From NCBI GenBank assembly GCA_902523535.1, contig CABYZQ010000005.1, forward strand, positions 5,012-69,011: 64,000 nucleotides of DNA. The letters are read 5' to 3'. The notes beneath the pieces were generated by a model, which was not told the DNA's origin, searched no databases, and saw nothing but the letters and a program-made list of their open reading frames with translations. The position numbers were made by a program, and so were the translations under genes. The stretch is from an uncultured Pelagibacteraceae bacterium. Its GTDB lineage: Bacteria > Pseudomonadota > Alphaproteobacteria > Pelagibacterales > AG-422-B15. Shown piece after piece: positions 1 to 9,520 of this stretch; the stretch's first letter is position 1, and the number at the start of each line of letters is the position of its first letter.

Positions 1-402
1 GCCCCCCATGAAATGAAAATTCTGAGCGGCAATTGTTACATTCAAATTATCTATTTTACCAAACCCGATCAAAAAGCAATCATCCATATCTGTTTTAGAG
101 CGAGCCTCATTAAACCTTTCTTTGTATGTTTTGAGAGCTTTGAAATTTAATGGGTCACTAAAACCTGAGGGATATTTAATTTCCTCAAAAACTCCACCAT
201 CAAAAAGACCTTTAAACCTAGTACGGGGATGAATTTGTAAATGCTCATCGCAATTGGGGCATACAAATAATGTTGACTCCAGATCACTTGAATAAAGCAT
301 AGTTTGGCACTGTGGACATTTAATCCAGGAATTCTCTGCGATATCTAGACTTTTCTTCTTACGTGGAAAAACTTTTGATATTGTTCTGGTAAGCCAATTC
401 AT
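1..402 (-). CDS. accD: Acetyl-CoA carboxylase carboxyltransferase beta subunit, 5' part (runs off the window start)
   Basis: Manual translation from ATG at 402: MNWLTRTISK...WIKCPQCQTMLY...VCPNCDEH...NFHFMGG (zinc finger and MGG motif); ATGA overlap with the trpA stop. Confidence 0.95.
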   Translation of the reverse strand, partial: MNWLTRTISKVFPRKKKSLDIAENSWIKCPQCQTMLYSSDLESTLFVCPNCDEHLQIHPRTRFKGLFDGGVFEEIKYPSGFSDPLNFKALKTYKERFNEARSKTDMDDCFLIGFGKIDNLNVTIAAQNFHFMGG

Positions 403-1193
403 GATTTCAATTTATTTGTAAGTTTTTTAACCATTGCACCAATATTGGTAGCTGGATTCTGTCCCTCATTCACTGACTTAGATATTTCCCTGCATAAAGC
501 AGATCCTACAACACAAGCGTCAGTGTCCTTAAAGTCTGCAATTGTTTCTTCAGTGATACCGAATCCGATAATGCATTTTTTCTCAGGTGCTATTGTCTTA
601 ATTAAATTAAACCTGTCCTTTATTTCATTTGGACTCACTTTTAATTTTTGCCCAGTGGTTGATAACATAGAAATATAATAAACAACATCATGAGCATCGT
701 TCAAAATTAATTTTAACCTTTCCTCATTTGTTGTAGGACAAAGTAGTTGAATGAAATCTATATTATTGTTTTTACATTTAGCTGCAAAATTAAGGTTAAG
801 AGGCCATGGCCAATCCACACAAATAATTCCAGCTACCTTGCTCTCTACACACTTGCTTAAAAAACTATCTTCACCGTATGACATTATTTTATTTTGATAA
901 GTCATTATGATTACATTTGTATCAAACTCATCTCTTAATGTTTTAATTATATCAAATACGTCATCTGTTTTTATGCCATTAGAAAGAGCTCTGTACGTAC
1001 CATCTTGAATTGCCCCTCCATCACCAATATTCGCACCGTGACCTAAACCACACTCAATAATATCAACACCTGATTGGGCTATTTCCCTGAAAATTTCAAG
1101 AGAAGTCTCTTTGTTTGGATCTCCACCTACTGTATAAGTTAATAAAGCTGCATTACTTTGATGAAAAGCATTTAATAGCGGCGATCCAGTCAT
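399..1193 (-). CDS. trpA: Tryptophan synthase alpha subunit (divergent)
   Basis: TYTVGGDP, DIIE..DG.AIQ, GFGI and VVGSA motifs; directly downstream of trpB. Confidence 0.93.
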   Translation of the reverse strand: MTGSPLLNAFHQSNAALLTYTVGGDPNKETSLEIFREIAQSGVDIIECGLGHGANIGDGGAIQDGTYRALSNGIKTDDVFDIIKTLRDEFDTNVIIMTYQNKIMSYGEDSFLSKCVESKVAGIICVDWPWPLNLNFAAKCKNNNIDFIQLLCPTTNEERLKLILNDAHDVVYYISMLSTTGQKLKVSPNEIKDRFNLIKTIAPEKKCIIGFGITEETIADFKDTDACVVGSALCREISKSVNEGQNPATNIGAMVKKLTNKLKS

Positions 1194-2422
1194 ATCTTAT
1201 ATCCTAAACGTTCAGCTATAATTCTTGAATCTTTCGCGGAGTCTCCGCAAGAGTCAACTACAATGATAGTATCTTTACTTGAAGATGGAGCAATTTTTAT
1301 TGCTTCAGCAAAGGCATGAGAAGGCTCTAATGAAGGACTTACAAAACCTTCCATTCTGCTAACCAATTGAAAAGCATCAATTGCTTCTTCATCAGATGCC
1401 GATGTATACCTAGCTCTTCCAGTTTCTTTAAGAAAACAGTGCAGTGGAGAAACACCTGGATAGTCTAATCCTGCGCTAATAGATGCTGTTTCTTCAATCT
1501 CTCCCTGATTATCTTGAATTACATATTGTGTTGCCCCGTGAAGAACTCCTAAAGGAGAATTGTTAGTAAGAGGGGCTGCATGCATTGAAGACCCTTCAGG
1601 TCCACCAGCTTCTACTCCAATTAATTCAACATTATCATGATCTATCCATTCATTCCAAAACCCAGCTGCAGAGGATCCTCCTCCAACACAGTTAATCAGT
1701 TTCATGTCTTTAGGGATCTCACCAAATTCATCAATCACTTGTTTTTTCATTTCCCGAGAAATTTGCGCAGTAGACCATGCACATATTTTTACAAATATTG
1801 TTGGTCCAACCGTACTGCCAACACACATGTGCGCCTGCTCGTTTTCACTAGTCCACCATCTCATACATTCTGAAACAGCATCCACAAGTGTTTGAGACCC
1901 TGAATCAACAGGAATAACCTCGGCACCATAACTTCTCATTGAAAATACATTGATCGATTGTCGCTCAATATCTTTAGAACCCATAAATATTTTACATTTC
2001 AAATTGAATTTTGCAGCAGCCATACTCAACATCTTTCCTGCATAACCTGCACCTGTATCTCCACCAATATAAGTTTTTCCTAATCTCTTACAGATGAGAC
2101 TATGAACTACGGCGTTATATGCTTTATGTGCTCCACCAGTAGCTTTTGAAACAAGCTTGCAATAAATTTGTGCTCCACCAAGGTGTTTAGTAAGGTTTTC
2201 TAGTTTTATGAAAGGAGTTGGAGCACCTATAAAGTTTTTAAAATAAAAATCTCTCTCAGCAATGAAGGTTTCGTCATTTCTCAGTTTTTCAAACTCTCTA
2301 GTTAATTCCTCAATTGGGTGATTCAAACTTTCTGCAATCTGATTTCCACCAAACTTTCCTCCCCAGTAACCGTTTTCATCATGCTGATCAATAAGTGGAG
2401 TGCCCTTTTGTAATTCGATCAT
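1190..2422 (-). CDS. trpB: Tryptophan synthase beta subunit (divergent active site)
   Basis: GAHK PLP lysine, CVGGGS, SISAGLDYPGV motifs; trpF-trpB-trpA-accD order. Confidence 0.92.
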   Translation of the reverse strand: MIELQKGTPLIDQHDENGYWGGKFGGNQIAESLNHPIEELTREFEKLRNDETFIAERDFYFKNFIGAPTPFIKLENLTKHLGGAQIYCKLVSKATGGAHKAYNAVVHSLICKRLGKTYIGGDTGAGYAGKMLSMAAAKFNLKCKIFMGSKDIERQSINVFSMRSYGAEVIPVDSGSQTLVDAVSECMRWWTSENEQAHMCVGSTVGPTIFVKICAWSTAQISREMKKQVIDEFGEIPKDMKLINCVGGGSSAAGFWNEWIDHDNVELIGVEAGGPEGSSMHAAPLTNNSPLGVLHGATQYVIQDNQGEIEETASISAGLDYPGVSPLHCFLKETGRARYTSASDEEAIDAFQLVSRMEGFVSPSLEPSHAFAEAIKIAPSSSKDTIIVVDSCGDSAKDSRIIAERLGYKI

Positions 2423-3057
2423 ATAATATTTTTTGTTTTATTAATAAATTCGGTAATTAATTGTTTATCTTTTATACCCTCTGAATCCTCAACACCAGAA
2501 CTAACATCAAAATAACTAGTCTTTTTAAGGTTTATAGCTGAGATTATATTGTCTTTATTAAGTCCTCCTGAAAGAAAAAAGTTCTTAGTTATTGATAAAT
2601 TCTCAATTATTTTCCAATCAAATCTATGGCCAGTCCCGCCTTGAACATTAGATTGAGGAGGTGAATCAAGTAAGAAATATTCTACAAATGGTTCATATTT
2701 AACTAATTCATCTAAGTCATTAGAGGAAGAAATTCCAAAGGCTTTAATAATCTTAAAACCAAACTTCAATTTTATTCTTTCGACCATTTCAAGAGTTTCG
2801 TGACCATGTAGTTGAATATATTGAAAACCAATTCTCAATAAATCATCTAATAAATTAACATCTGGATTAACTGTAACAGCAACAGGTATGGTTTGATCTT
2901 TTATTTTAGACAAAATTTCCTTGCAATTTTCAACAGTAATGTTTCTGTGGGATTTTTCATAAAAAATAAACCCTATAAAGCTTGCACCAGCATCAATTGC
3001 ATGCTGTGCAATTTCTTTATTTTTAACACCACAAATTTTAATTTTAAGATCACTCAC
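2419..3057 (-). CDS. trpF: Phosphoribosylanthranilate isomerase
   Basis: KIKICG, QLHG, GGTG..FDW, DVSSGVE motifs. Confidence 0.96.
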   Translation of the reverse strand: MSDLKIKICGVKNKEIAQHAIDAGASFIGFIFYEKSHRNITVENCKEILSKIKDQTIPVAVTVNPDVNLLDDLLRIGFQYIQLHGHETLEMVERIKLKFGFKIIKAFGISSSNDLDELVKYEPFVEYFLLDSPPQSNVQGGTGHRFDWKIIENLSITKNFFLSGGLNKDNIISAINLKKTSYFDVSSGVEDSEGIKDKQLITEFINKTKNII

Positions 3058-3746
3058 GTAATTTCTGAATAAATATTTTCAGCTGCTTTAGCAGGATCTT
3101 TAGCATCTGTTATTGGCCTGCCTACAACTAAAATATCAGCCCCTGCGTCAATCGCTTCCTTTGCTGAAAGTGTTCTTTTTTGATCATTTACTGCATTCTC
3201 TTTACCCCTAATTCCTGGAGAAATTATCTGTAGTTTGCTTTCATGAGTATTTTTTACTTCTGAAATTTCTAGGGGACTACAAACAATGCCATCCATACCA
3301 CAATTGACAGCAAGTTGAGTTAGCTGTTTTACATTCTCATTAACTGATTTCTCAATGCCAATCTCTGAAATTTTTGCATCATTAAAGCTGGTTAGCATAG
3401 TTACACCGATTAATTTAGTTCTACTTTGAAGTTCGTTTTTTGCTTTTACACACTCAGTAATCATTTCCGAGCCACCTGAAAGATGTAAAGTAGTATATTC
3501 TGGTTGAAACTGTAAAATATTGCTAAGCGCTTGTTTTACTGTATTGGGAATATCGTATAATTTTAGATCAATAAAAATCGGAATTTCAAATTTTTTTATT
3601 TTTTCCATTCCCAGAAGACCACATGACGTAAAAAATTCTAATCCTAATTTAATCCCCCCTATATGAGGGGAAATTTGATCAACTAATGCTACTGCCTTAT
3701 CAATATCGCTTGTATCGATAGCACAAAAAATAGGATTATTATTCAA
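3054..3746 (-). CDS. pyrF: Orotidine-5'-phosphate decarboxylase
   Basis: DLKLYDIPNT, VTMLTS, PGIR, DQKR, VVGRPI motifs; TTG start. Confidence 0.97.
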   Translation of the reverse strand: MNNNPIFCAIDTSDIDKAVALVDQISPHIGGIKLGLEFFTSCGLLGMEKIKKFEIPIFIDLKLYDIPNTVKQALSNILQFQPEYTTLHLSGGSEMITECVKAKNELQSRTKLIGVTMLTSFNDAKISEIGIEKSVNENVKQLTQLAVNCGMDGIVCSPLEISEVKNTHESKLQIISPGIRGKENAVNDQKRTLSAKEAIDAGADILVVGRPITDAKDPAKAAENIYSEIT

Positions 3747-3760
3747 AACAAAATTATAGT

Positions 3761-4081
3761 TTAATTTTCTTCTTCTTGTGAAATAGAGCTATTATTTTTT
3801 GAATTTAATTTAAGTCTTAATTCTTTGCCTGTTTTAAATCTTGGAATATACTTTTCATCAACTTGAACTGCTTCTCCAGTTCTTGGATTTCTACCTGTTC
3901 TTTCTCTTCTGTGTTGAACCGAAAATGCTCCAAAGCCCCTTAACTCTACTCGTTTACCTTCAGCTAAAGATTGGGTAATTTCATTGAATATTGTATTTAC
4001 TATTCTTTCTACATCCCGAACAAACAAGTGTGGATTAGCTTCAGTAATATTTTGTATTAGTTTAGATTTTATTAAGCTCAT
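3761..4081 (-). CDS. ihfB: Integration host factor beta subunit
   Basis: [25 protein letters not shown]; follows rpsA. Confidence 0.95.
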   Translation of the reverse strand: MSLIKSKLIQNITEANPHLFVRDVERIVNTIFNEITQSLAEGKRVELRGFGAFSVQHRRERTGRNPRTGEAVQVDEKYIPRFKTGKELRLKLNSKNNSSISQEEEN

Positions 4082-4135
4082 ACAATAATTATATGATATT
4101 AAGACTTAATGTAAATAATTGAATGTAAAGAATAT

Positions 4136-5833
4136 TTAGTCTTCTTTTTTGTCGCGTCCCAAGGCCTTGCCTAAAATAGCGCCTAAAGATGCACCAGAGT
4201 CTTTAGAGCCATATTTTTCCATTGCTTCACGTTCAGTCGTTTCTTCCATCGTTCGTACAGATAGACTAATTTTATAATTTGATTGATCTATGTTTGTTAT
4301 TGATGCATCAAGTTTATCGTTTTTTGCCCACCTCTCAGGCCTAGCATCAGATTTTCTAAGAGCTAATTCATTTCTTTTAATAATTGATAAAGGACCTTTA
4401 TCACCAACGCGTACTTTCAAACCAAAATCACCAGTTTCTATAACATTGCATGTAACGATATCACCCTTACTTTTATCTTTTAATTCATCAAATGGATTTC
4501 CATCAATTTCTCTTATGGAAAGAGATACTTTATCATTTTCATTTGTAATAATTTTAGCCTTAATATCGTCACCAACTTTATATTTTTTAATCTCTTCCTT
4601 TGGATCCGCATCCCATGAGAGATCTTTACTAAATATTGCTCCGTCTATGTCGCCTTCAAGATTACAGAAAATAATACCATCCTTTATATTAGTTATATTT
4701 ACATCCAATATACTTCCAATGGGATTTGCTTCATTAAATCTATGCCAAGGGTTTGGAGATAACTGCTTTATACCCAGACTTAGTCTTCTTTTTTCGTGAT
4801 CAATTTCTAATATTTGACAATCTACAGCCTGAGATCTTGCATAAAGATTGCCTGGCTTAGAATTTTGCTTTTGGCTCCATGTAAGCATATCTTTATGACA
4901 CAAACCTTCAACCCCGTTCTCAATTTCGATGAATATGCCATAGTCAGTGACATTAGTAACGACCCCTTTAACTTTATCATCTACATTGAATTTTTCTTTA
5001 ACTTGAAGCCAAGGATCATCTTCAAGTTGTTTCATTCCGACCGAAACACGATTTTTTTCTGGATCAACTTTAATTATCTTAACTTTTACTTGCTGATCTA
5101 TTTTTAAGACTTCTGAGGGGTGTCCTATTCTTTTATAAGTTATATCACTACTATGAAGTAGTGAGTCATATCCACCTAGGTCAACGAAAGCTCCATAATC
5201 AGTGATAGCTTTAATTTTGCCTTCTACCACATCTTCGAGTTTTAATTGCAAAAACCTCTCTTCTCTTACTTCTTTATGCATTTCTTCTAAAACAGCTCTG
5301 CGACTTACAACAATGTTATTTCTTTTCAGATCCATCTTTAATATTTTGAACTTTTGAGGAACATCAATTAAATGACTTACATCTCTTACAGGTCTTGTAT
5401 CAATTTGACTGCCAGGTAAGAATGCTGTGACGCCAATTTCACAAGATAATCCTCCCTTAACTTTTCCAGTAATTACTCCTTCAATTAATTCTCCAGCTTC
5501 AAAAGATTTTTCAATTTCAGCCCAAATTTCTTTAGACTTAGCTTTGGAGCGTGAAAGGATGCAGTCTCCATTATGATTTTCAATCTTATCTAAATAAACG
5601 TCAATTTCATCACCAACCTCGAGTTCTTTTTGATCTTTTCGAAATGCAAATTCTCGTTTTGATATTCTACCTTCAACTTTTGCGCCAATATCAACTATGA
5701 CAGCTTCATCTTCAATTTCAGCAATAGTACCTTTGATAATAGTTCCCTCTTTTAATTTTGAGTTACTAATTGATTCAGCTAGGATTGAGTCAAACTCTGT
5801 TAGTTGATTATTATTAATAGACTCTTGATTCAT
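4136..5833 (-). CDS. rpsA: 30S ribosomal protein S1
   Basis: Multiple S1 repeats (AFLPGSQID, DYGAFVDLGG); cmk-rpsA-ihfB order. Confidence 0.97.
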   Translation of the reverse strand: MNQESINNNQLTEFDSILAESISNSKLKEGTIIKGTIAEIEDEAVIVDIGAKVEGRISKREFAFRKDQKELEVGDEIDVYLDKIENHNGDCILSRSKAKSKEIWAEIEKSFEAGELIEGVITGKVKGGLSCEIGVTAFLPGSQIDTRPVRDVSHLIDVPQKFKILKMDLKRNNIVVSRRAVLEEMHKEVREERFLQLKLEDVVEGKIKAITDYGAFVDLGGYDSLLHSSDITYKRIGHPSEVLKIDQQVKVKIIKVDPEKNRVSVGMKQLEDDPWLQVKEKFNVDDKVKGVVTNVTDYGIFIEIENGVEGLCHKDMLTWSQKQNSKPGNLYARSQAVDCQILEIDHEKRRLSLGIKQLSPNPWHRFNEANPIGSILDVNITNIKDGIIFCNLEGDIDGAIFSKDLSWDADPKEEIKKYKVGDDIKAKIITNENDKVSLSIREIDGNPFDELKDKSKGDIVTCNVIETGDFGLKVRVGDKGPLSIIKRNELALRKSDARPERWAKNDKLDASITNIDQSNYKISLSVRTMEETTEREAMEKYGSKDSGASLGAILGKALGRDKKED

Positions 5834-5838
5834 AAAGT

Positions 5839-6474
5839 TTAATTTTTAAATATAATTTTCTTTAATGCATTAAAAGCCTGTTCTATATCAATATAACTGG
5901 TATCTAGCAACACTGAATTTGCAGCTGGCATCAAGGGGGCTATTTTTCTCGTCAAATCCTTTCTATCTCGTGCATTAATTTCGCTGAAAATTCTTTTAAA
6001 GCTTGCTATTTTCCCACTTTTTATAATTTGTTCATATCTTCTTCTTGCTCTGATTTCCGGATCAGCCCAAAGAAAAATTTTATAATCTGCATCAGGAAAG
6101 ATAACTGTCCCAATATCTCTACCCTCAACTATCGCAAATTCACTTCCCCTCCCATATTTTTTTGGAAAGTTTTTTTGGAACATGATTAGTTTACTCCTTA
6201 GTTTTTTCTTTGATGAAATAATGGAAGATAAATTGTCTACTTCACTTGAGTAAAGTTCCTTAGAATCTAACCTATTTAAATCAATGCAGTCTACACACCT
6301 AAGAATATTTTGAATATTATTAGGATCAGACTTTCTTTTTATCAATTCTAATGCTACTGCCCGATATAATCTGCCACTAAATAATATTGGTGATTTATAT
6401 TTTTTAGCTAACTTTTTTGCTAATGTCGATTTTCCAACTGAGGCAGGCCCATCAATTGTTATTATTTTATACAT
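5839..6474 (-). CDS. cmk: Cytidylate kinase
   Basis: ITIDGPASVGKST P-loop, EGRDIGTVIFPDA. Confidence 0.95.
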   Translation of the reverse strand: MYKIITIDGPASVGKSTLAKKLAKKYKSPILFSGRLYRAVALELIKRKSDPNNIQNILRCVDCIDLNRLDSKELYSSEVDNLSSIISSKKKLRSKLIMFQKNFPKKYGRGSEFAIVEGRDIGTVIFPDADYKIFLWADPEIRARRRYEQIIKSGKIASFKRIFSEINARDRKDLTRKIAPLMPAANSVLLDTSYIDIEQAFNALKKIIFKN

Positions 6475-7766
6475 TAATATAATATTGACAGTGTTTCTAA
6501 ATGACTTTTAAAATCTGGATAACTTATTGAAATGCACGACTCATCATCAATGATTAATTTATTTCCATAGAGCAAACTTAAGATCGAGAAAGACATTGCA
6601 ATTCTATGGTCACCGTATGTTTTTATTTTTACTCTATTTGTAATACTAATTTTTTTTGAACCTTTAATAATTATATCATCTTTCTTAGAAATTGCGTGAA
6701 ATCCTATTTTAGAGAGATTACTTATAATACTTTTAATTCGATCACTTTCTTTGTGTCTAAGTTCTGATAATCCTTTCATAGTTGTAAGGCCTTTAGCTTG
6801 AGACGCGGCTACTGAAAGTATTGGATATTCATCAATTAAATAAGGTGATGAAGTTGAACTAATTTTTATTCCTTTAAGCAAGCTATGTATCACATTAATC
6901 TCACCTACATCCTCACCAGATAATGTTTTAGTCTTTTTTATTTTTATTTTTCCGCCCATTTTTTTAAGTACATCAATAAAAGCAATTCTAGTCTTGTTAA
7001 GTGCTATATTTTTAAGTGTAATATTAGACTTTGGAATAATAAGAGCGCCCACTATAAAAAAAGCCGCACTAGATGGATCGCTTGCGACATTAATATTCCT
7101 CGGTTTTATTTCATACGGGCCATTAAGTTCAATTGATGTAGAATTTTTGTTCAGGACCTTTTTCTTAAACTTAACTTTCAAATAATCCATTAGTTTTTCT
7201 GTATGATCTCGTGTATTCCTCTTTTCAATTATTTTTGTTTTGCCCCTTAAATTTAACGCTGACAATATTAACGCAGACTTTACCTGTGCTGATGCTTTTT
7301 GCATAACGTGTTCCATTGGAAGTAAATTCATGTCTCCTTTAATGTGCAATGGCAAAAAGTCCTTTTTTGTGAGTTCAATTTTTGCTCCCATTTTCTCAAG
7401 ATACACTGACAACCTTGACATTGAGCGTTTGCTTAAAGAATTATCTCCAATAAAAGTACACTTTATTGGATTTGATGATACTGCCCCGATCATTAGCCGT
7501 GAAGTAGTTCCGCTATTACCACACTGAAGAGCCTGATTAGGCTGAATATAGCCTCCAGTTCCATTTCCAAACACAAGCCAATTTTTATCTTTTTTCTCAA
7601 TTTTTATCCCTAACTCCCTAAGAATTTTAAGTGTCCGCATCACATCATCTGACTCTAGTAAATTAGCAATTTTAACCTTCCCAGTGCAAAGTGAAGCAAA
7701 GATTAGCGCCCTATGCGAAATGGATTTGTCTCCAGAAATCTTAATTGAACCTTTTAATTTAAACAC
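6474..7766 (-). CDS. aroA: 3-phosphoshikimate 1-carboxyvinyltransferase
   Basis: GDKSISHR, GNSGT, SAQVKSA, KESDR, DHRIAM motifs. Confidence 0.97.
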   Translation of the reverse strand: MFKLKGSIKISGDKSISHRALIFASLCTGKVKIANLLESDDVMRTLKILRELGIKIEKKDKNWLVFGNGTGGYIQPNQALQCGNSGTTSRLMIGAVSSNPIKCTFIGDNSLSKRSMSRLSVYLEKMGAKIELTKKDFLPLHIKGDMNLLPMEHVMQKASAQVKSALILSALNLRGKTKIIEKRNTRDHTEKLMDYLKVKFKKKVLNKNSTSIELNGPYEIKPRNINVASDPSSAAFFIVGALIIPKSNITLKNIALNKTRIAFIDVLKKMGGKIKIKKTKTLSGEDVGEINVIHSLLKGIKISSTSSPYLIDEYPILSVAASQAKGLTTMKGLSELRHKESDRIKSIISNLSKIGFHAISKKDDIIIKGSKKISITNRVKIKTYGDHRIAMSFSILSLLYGNKLIIDDESCISISYPDFKSHLETLSILY

Positions 7767-7865
7767 TTTTTATATTGTCAATTTAATAAGTTAGGATATC
7801 TTATATTACTGTAAATTTTTTAAATTACCAAAATTTTAACCATTTAATTATTTAGAGATTAATAT

Positions 7866-8228
7866 ATGCCAAAACCCGAGTTTGGAAAAAAAGTAATTTG
7901 TAGCAATTGTGGTGTAAAATTTTATGACCTCAATCGTAAACCAGCAACCTGTCCTAGCTGTGGAACAGAATATATTGAACCTTCAAATGAAACTATGGCA
8001 ACGACAGCTAAGCAAGTATTCGTTGATGATGTTGATACAGTTACCGATGATAATTTAGTTGGAAGTGATGCAACGGAATCAGTTGCTGATGTGCCTGACT
8101 TAAGTCTAGATGATGATACGATTAGCCTTGAAGAGACAGAGGCAGACGATCAAGTCATATCTGATGATGTAGATGTAGATATTGATATTGATATTGATAA
8201 TGATCAATCGAATGTAGATGAAAATTAA
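7866..8228 (+). CDS. TIGR02300/FYDLN acid-domain zinc-ribbon protein
   Basis: CSNCGVKFYDLN..PATCPSCG followed by an acidic tail; typical position between aroA and tRNA-Ala. Confidence 0.92.
   Translation: MPKPEFGKKVICSNCGVKFYDLNRKPATCPSCGTEYIEPSNETMATTAKQVFVDDVDTVTDDNLVGSDATESVADVPDLSLDDDTISLEETEADDQVISDDVDVDIDIDIDNDQSNVDEN
8166..8201 (+). repeat. Hexamer tandem repeat (GATGTA x2, GATATT x3, GATAAT) encoding DVDVDIDIDIDN
   Basis: Directly visible in-frame low-complexity acidic tail. Confidence 0.7.
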
Positions 8229-8232
8229 GATT

Positions 8233-8308
8233 GGGGCTGTAGCTCAGCTGGGAGAGCATCAGCATGGCATGTTGAGGGTCACCGGTTCGATCCCGGTCAG
8301 CTCCACCA
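8233..8308 (+). tRNA. tRNA-Ala (GGC)
   Basis: Cloverleaf GGGGCTG...CAGCTCC-ACCA, anticodon loop ATGGCAT, G3:U70, GGTTCGATC T-arm. Confidence 0.98.
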
Positions 8309-9061
8309 TCAAAATTTGAAAGTGTCGCCTAAATAAAATTTTCTTGCTTCTTTGTTGCCAAGTATTTTATCACTTGTTCCATGGGCTATTATTTCACCAC
8401 TAAAAAGAAGATAGCTATAATCACTAATATCCAATACCTCTCTGACTTGGTGATCGGTTATAATAACTGATATACCCTTTTTCTTCAGCCTGTTGATTTC
8501 AGACTTGATATCGTTAATAGAAATAGGATCCAGTGCCGAGAAAGGTTCATCAAATAAAACATAAGATGGGTTGGTGCCAAGTAATCTTGCACATTCACAT
8601 TTACGTCTTTCACCACCTGATAATTGATGAGGCATAGCACTTCTTAAGTGTGTTAAGTTAAATTCAGCTAATAGTTCCTCAAGCCTATTTACTCTTTGAT
8701 CTAGATTTAATTTAGTAGTTTCTAGAATAGCCATTATATTATTTTCTATACTTAGTCCTCTAAAGATACTTGGTTGTTGAGGTAAATAGCCGAGTCCTGC
8801 TTGAGCTCTCTTCCACATTGGTAGTGTTGTAATATCGTTATTGTTTAATTTAATTTCTCCACTATCGCAGACTATGAGACCCATAATACAATACAAAGCT
8901 GTGCTCTTTCCTGCCCCGTTTGGTCCAAGCAGACCTATCACTTTACCCTTTTCGACCTTCATTGAAATATCTCTTACAATCTGTTTTCCTGATAGTGATT
9001 TCCTTAAGTTATTCACTTCTAAACCTGAATTTGTAGAAATTAATTTTGGTTTTATTGTCAT
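8309..9061 (-). CDS. lptB: LPS export ABC transporter ATPase
   Basis: GPNGAGKS, GYLPQ, LSGGERR, DEPF, ITDH, YLG..F C-terminus. Confidence 0.96.
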   Translation of the reverse strand: MTIKPKLISTNSGLEVNNLRKSLSGKQIVRDISMKVEKGKVIGLLGPNGAGKSTALYCIMGLIVCDSGEIKLNNNDITTLPMWKRAQAGLGYLPQQPSIFRGLSIENNIMAILETTKLNLDQRVNRLEELLAEFNLTHLRSAMPHQLSGGERRKCECARLLGTNPSYVLFDEPFSALDPISINDIKSEINRLKKKGISVIITDHQVREVLDISDYSYLLFSGEIIAHGTSDKILGNKEARKFYLGDTFKF

Positions 9062-9517
9062 CTAATTTTTATTTTCACTAATAATTAAAGCTTCAACTCT
9101 TGAATCAGAACCACTGCTTATAATACTTGATGAATTCTCTAGATCTACAACTATTTTATCACAAAAGATAATATTTTTATTTTGTAATACCTCAACTTCT
9201 CCAAAAACAACTAGCTCATTCTTATTTGGATGATACTTTGCTTTATTTCCATGAATGGATAATTCTTCCCTTAATATTTTTACATTTCCATGTGCACTGA
9301 TTTCCTTCACTTCCTTTTCATCTTCGCTAGAAGTTAATATTAACCTTTCTGACCATATTTCTAAATTATCCTCTAATGCATAAACGTTCCCAGAAAAAAT
9401 GGAGATATTTTCTGTTCTGACAATCTCTAGTTTATCAGATGTTATTTTTATTTGTTTAGCATTAGCAACGCTAATAAATAAAAAACACAGAAAACTAATT
9501 AAAATATTCTTAATCAT
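9062..9517 (-). CDS. lptA: LPS transport periplasmic protein LptA (OstA-like)
   Basis: Signal peptide, I.ITSD, FSGNV, A.GNV beta-jellyroll motifs; upstream of lptB. Confidence 0.88.
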   Translation of the reverse strand: MIKNILISFLCFLFISVANAKQIKITSDKLEIVRTENISIFSGNVYALEDNLEIWSERLILTSSEDEKEVKEISAHGNVKILREELSIHGNKAKYHPNKNELVVFGEVEVLQNKNIIFCDKIVVDLENSSSIISSGSDSRVEALIISENKN

Positions 9518-9520
9518 AAA

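Noticed and set aside
4290-5107. 169-aa and 97-aa + strand ORFs opposite rpsA
   Set aside because: Antisense shadows of a conserved gene with no recognisable motifs; the same applies to the shadow ORFs in trpAB, aroA, gltB, thrS, recR and dapE
8166-8201. Hexamer repeat as a possible contingency locus
   Set aside because: In-frame, degenerate and typical of the acidic tail of this family
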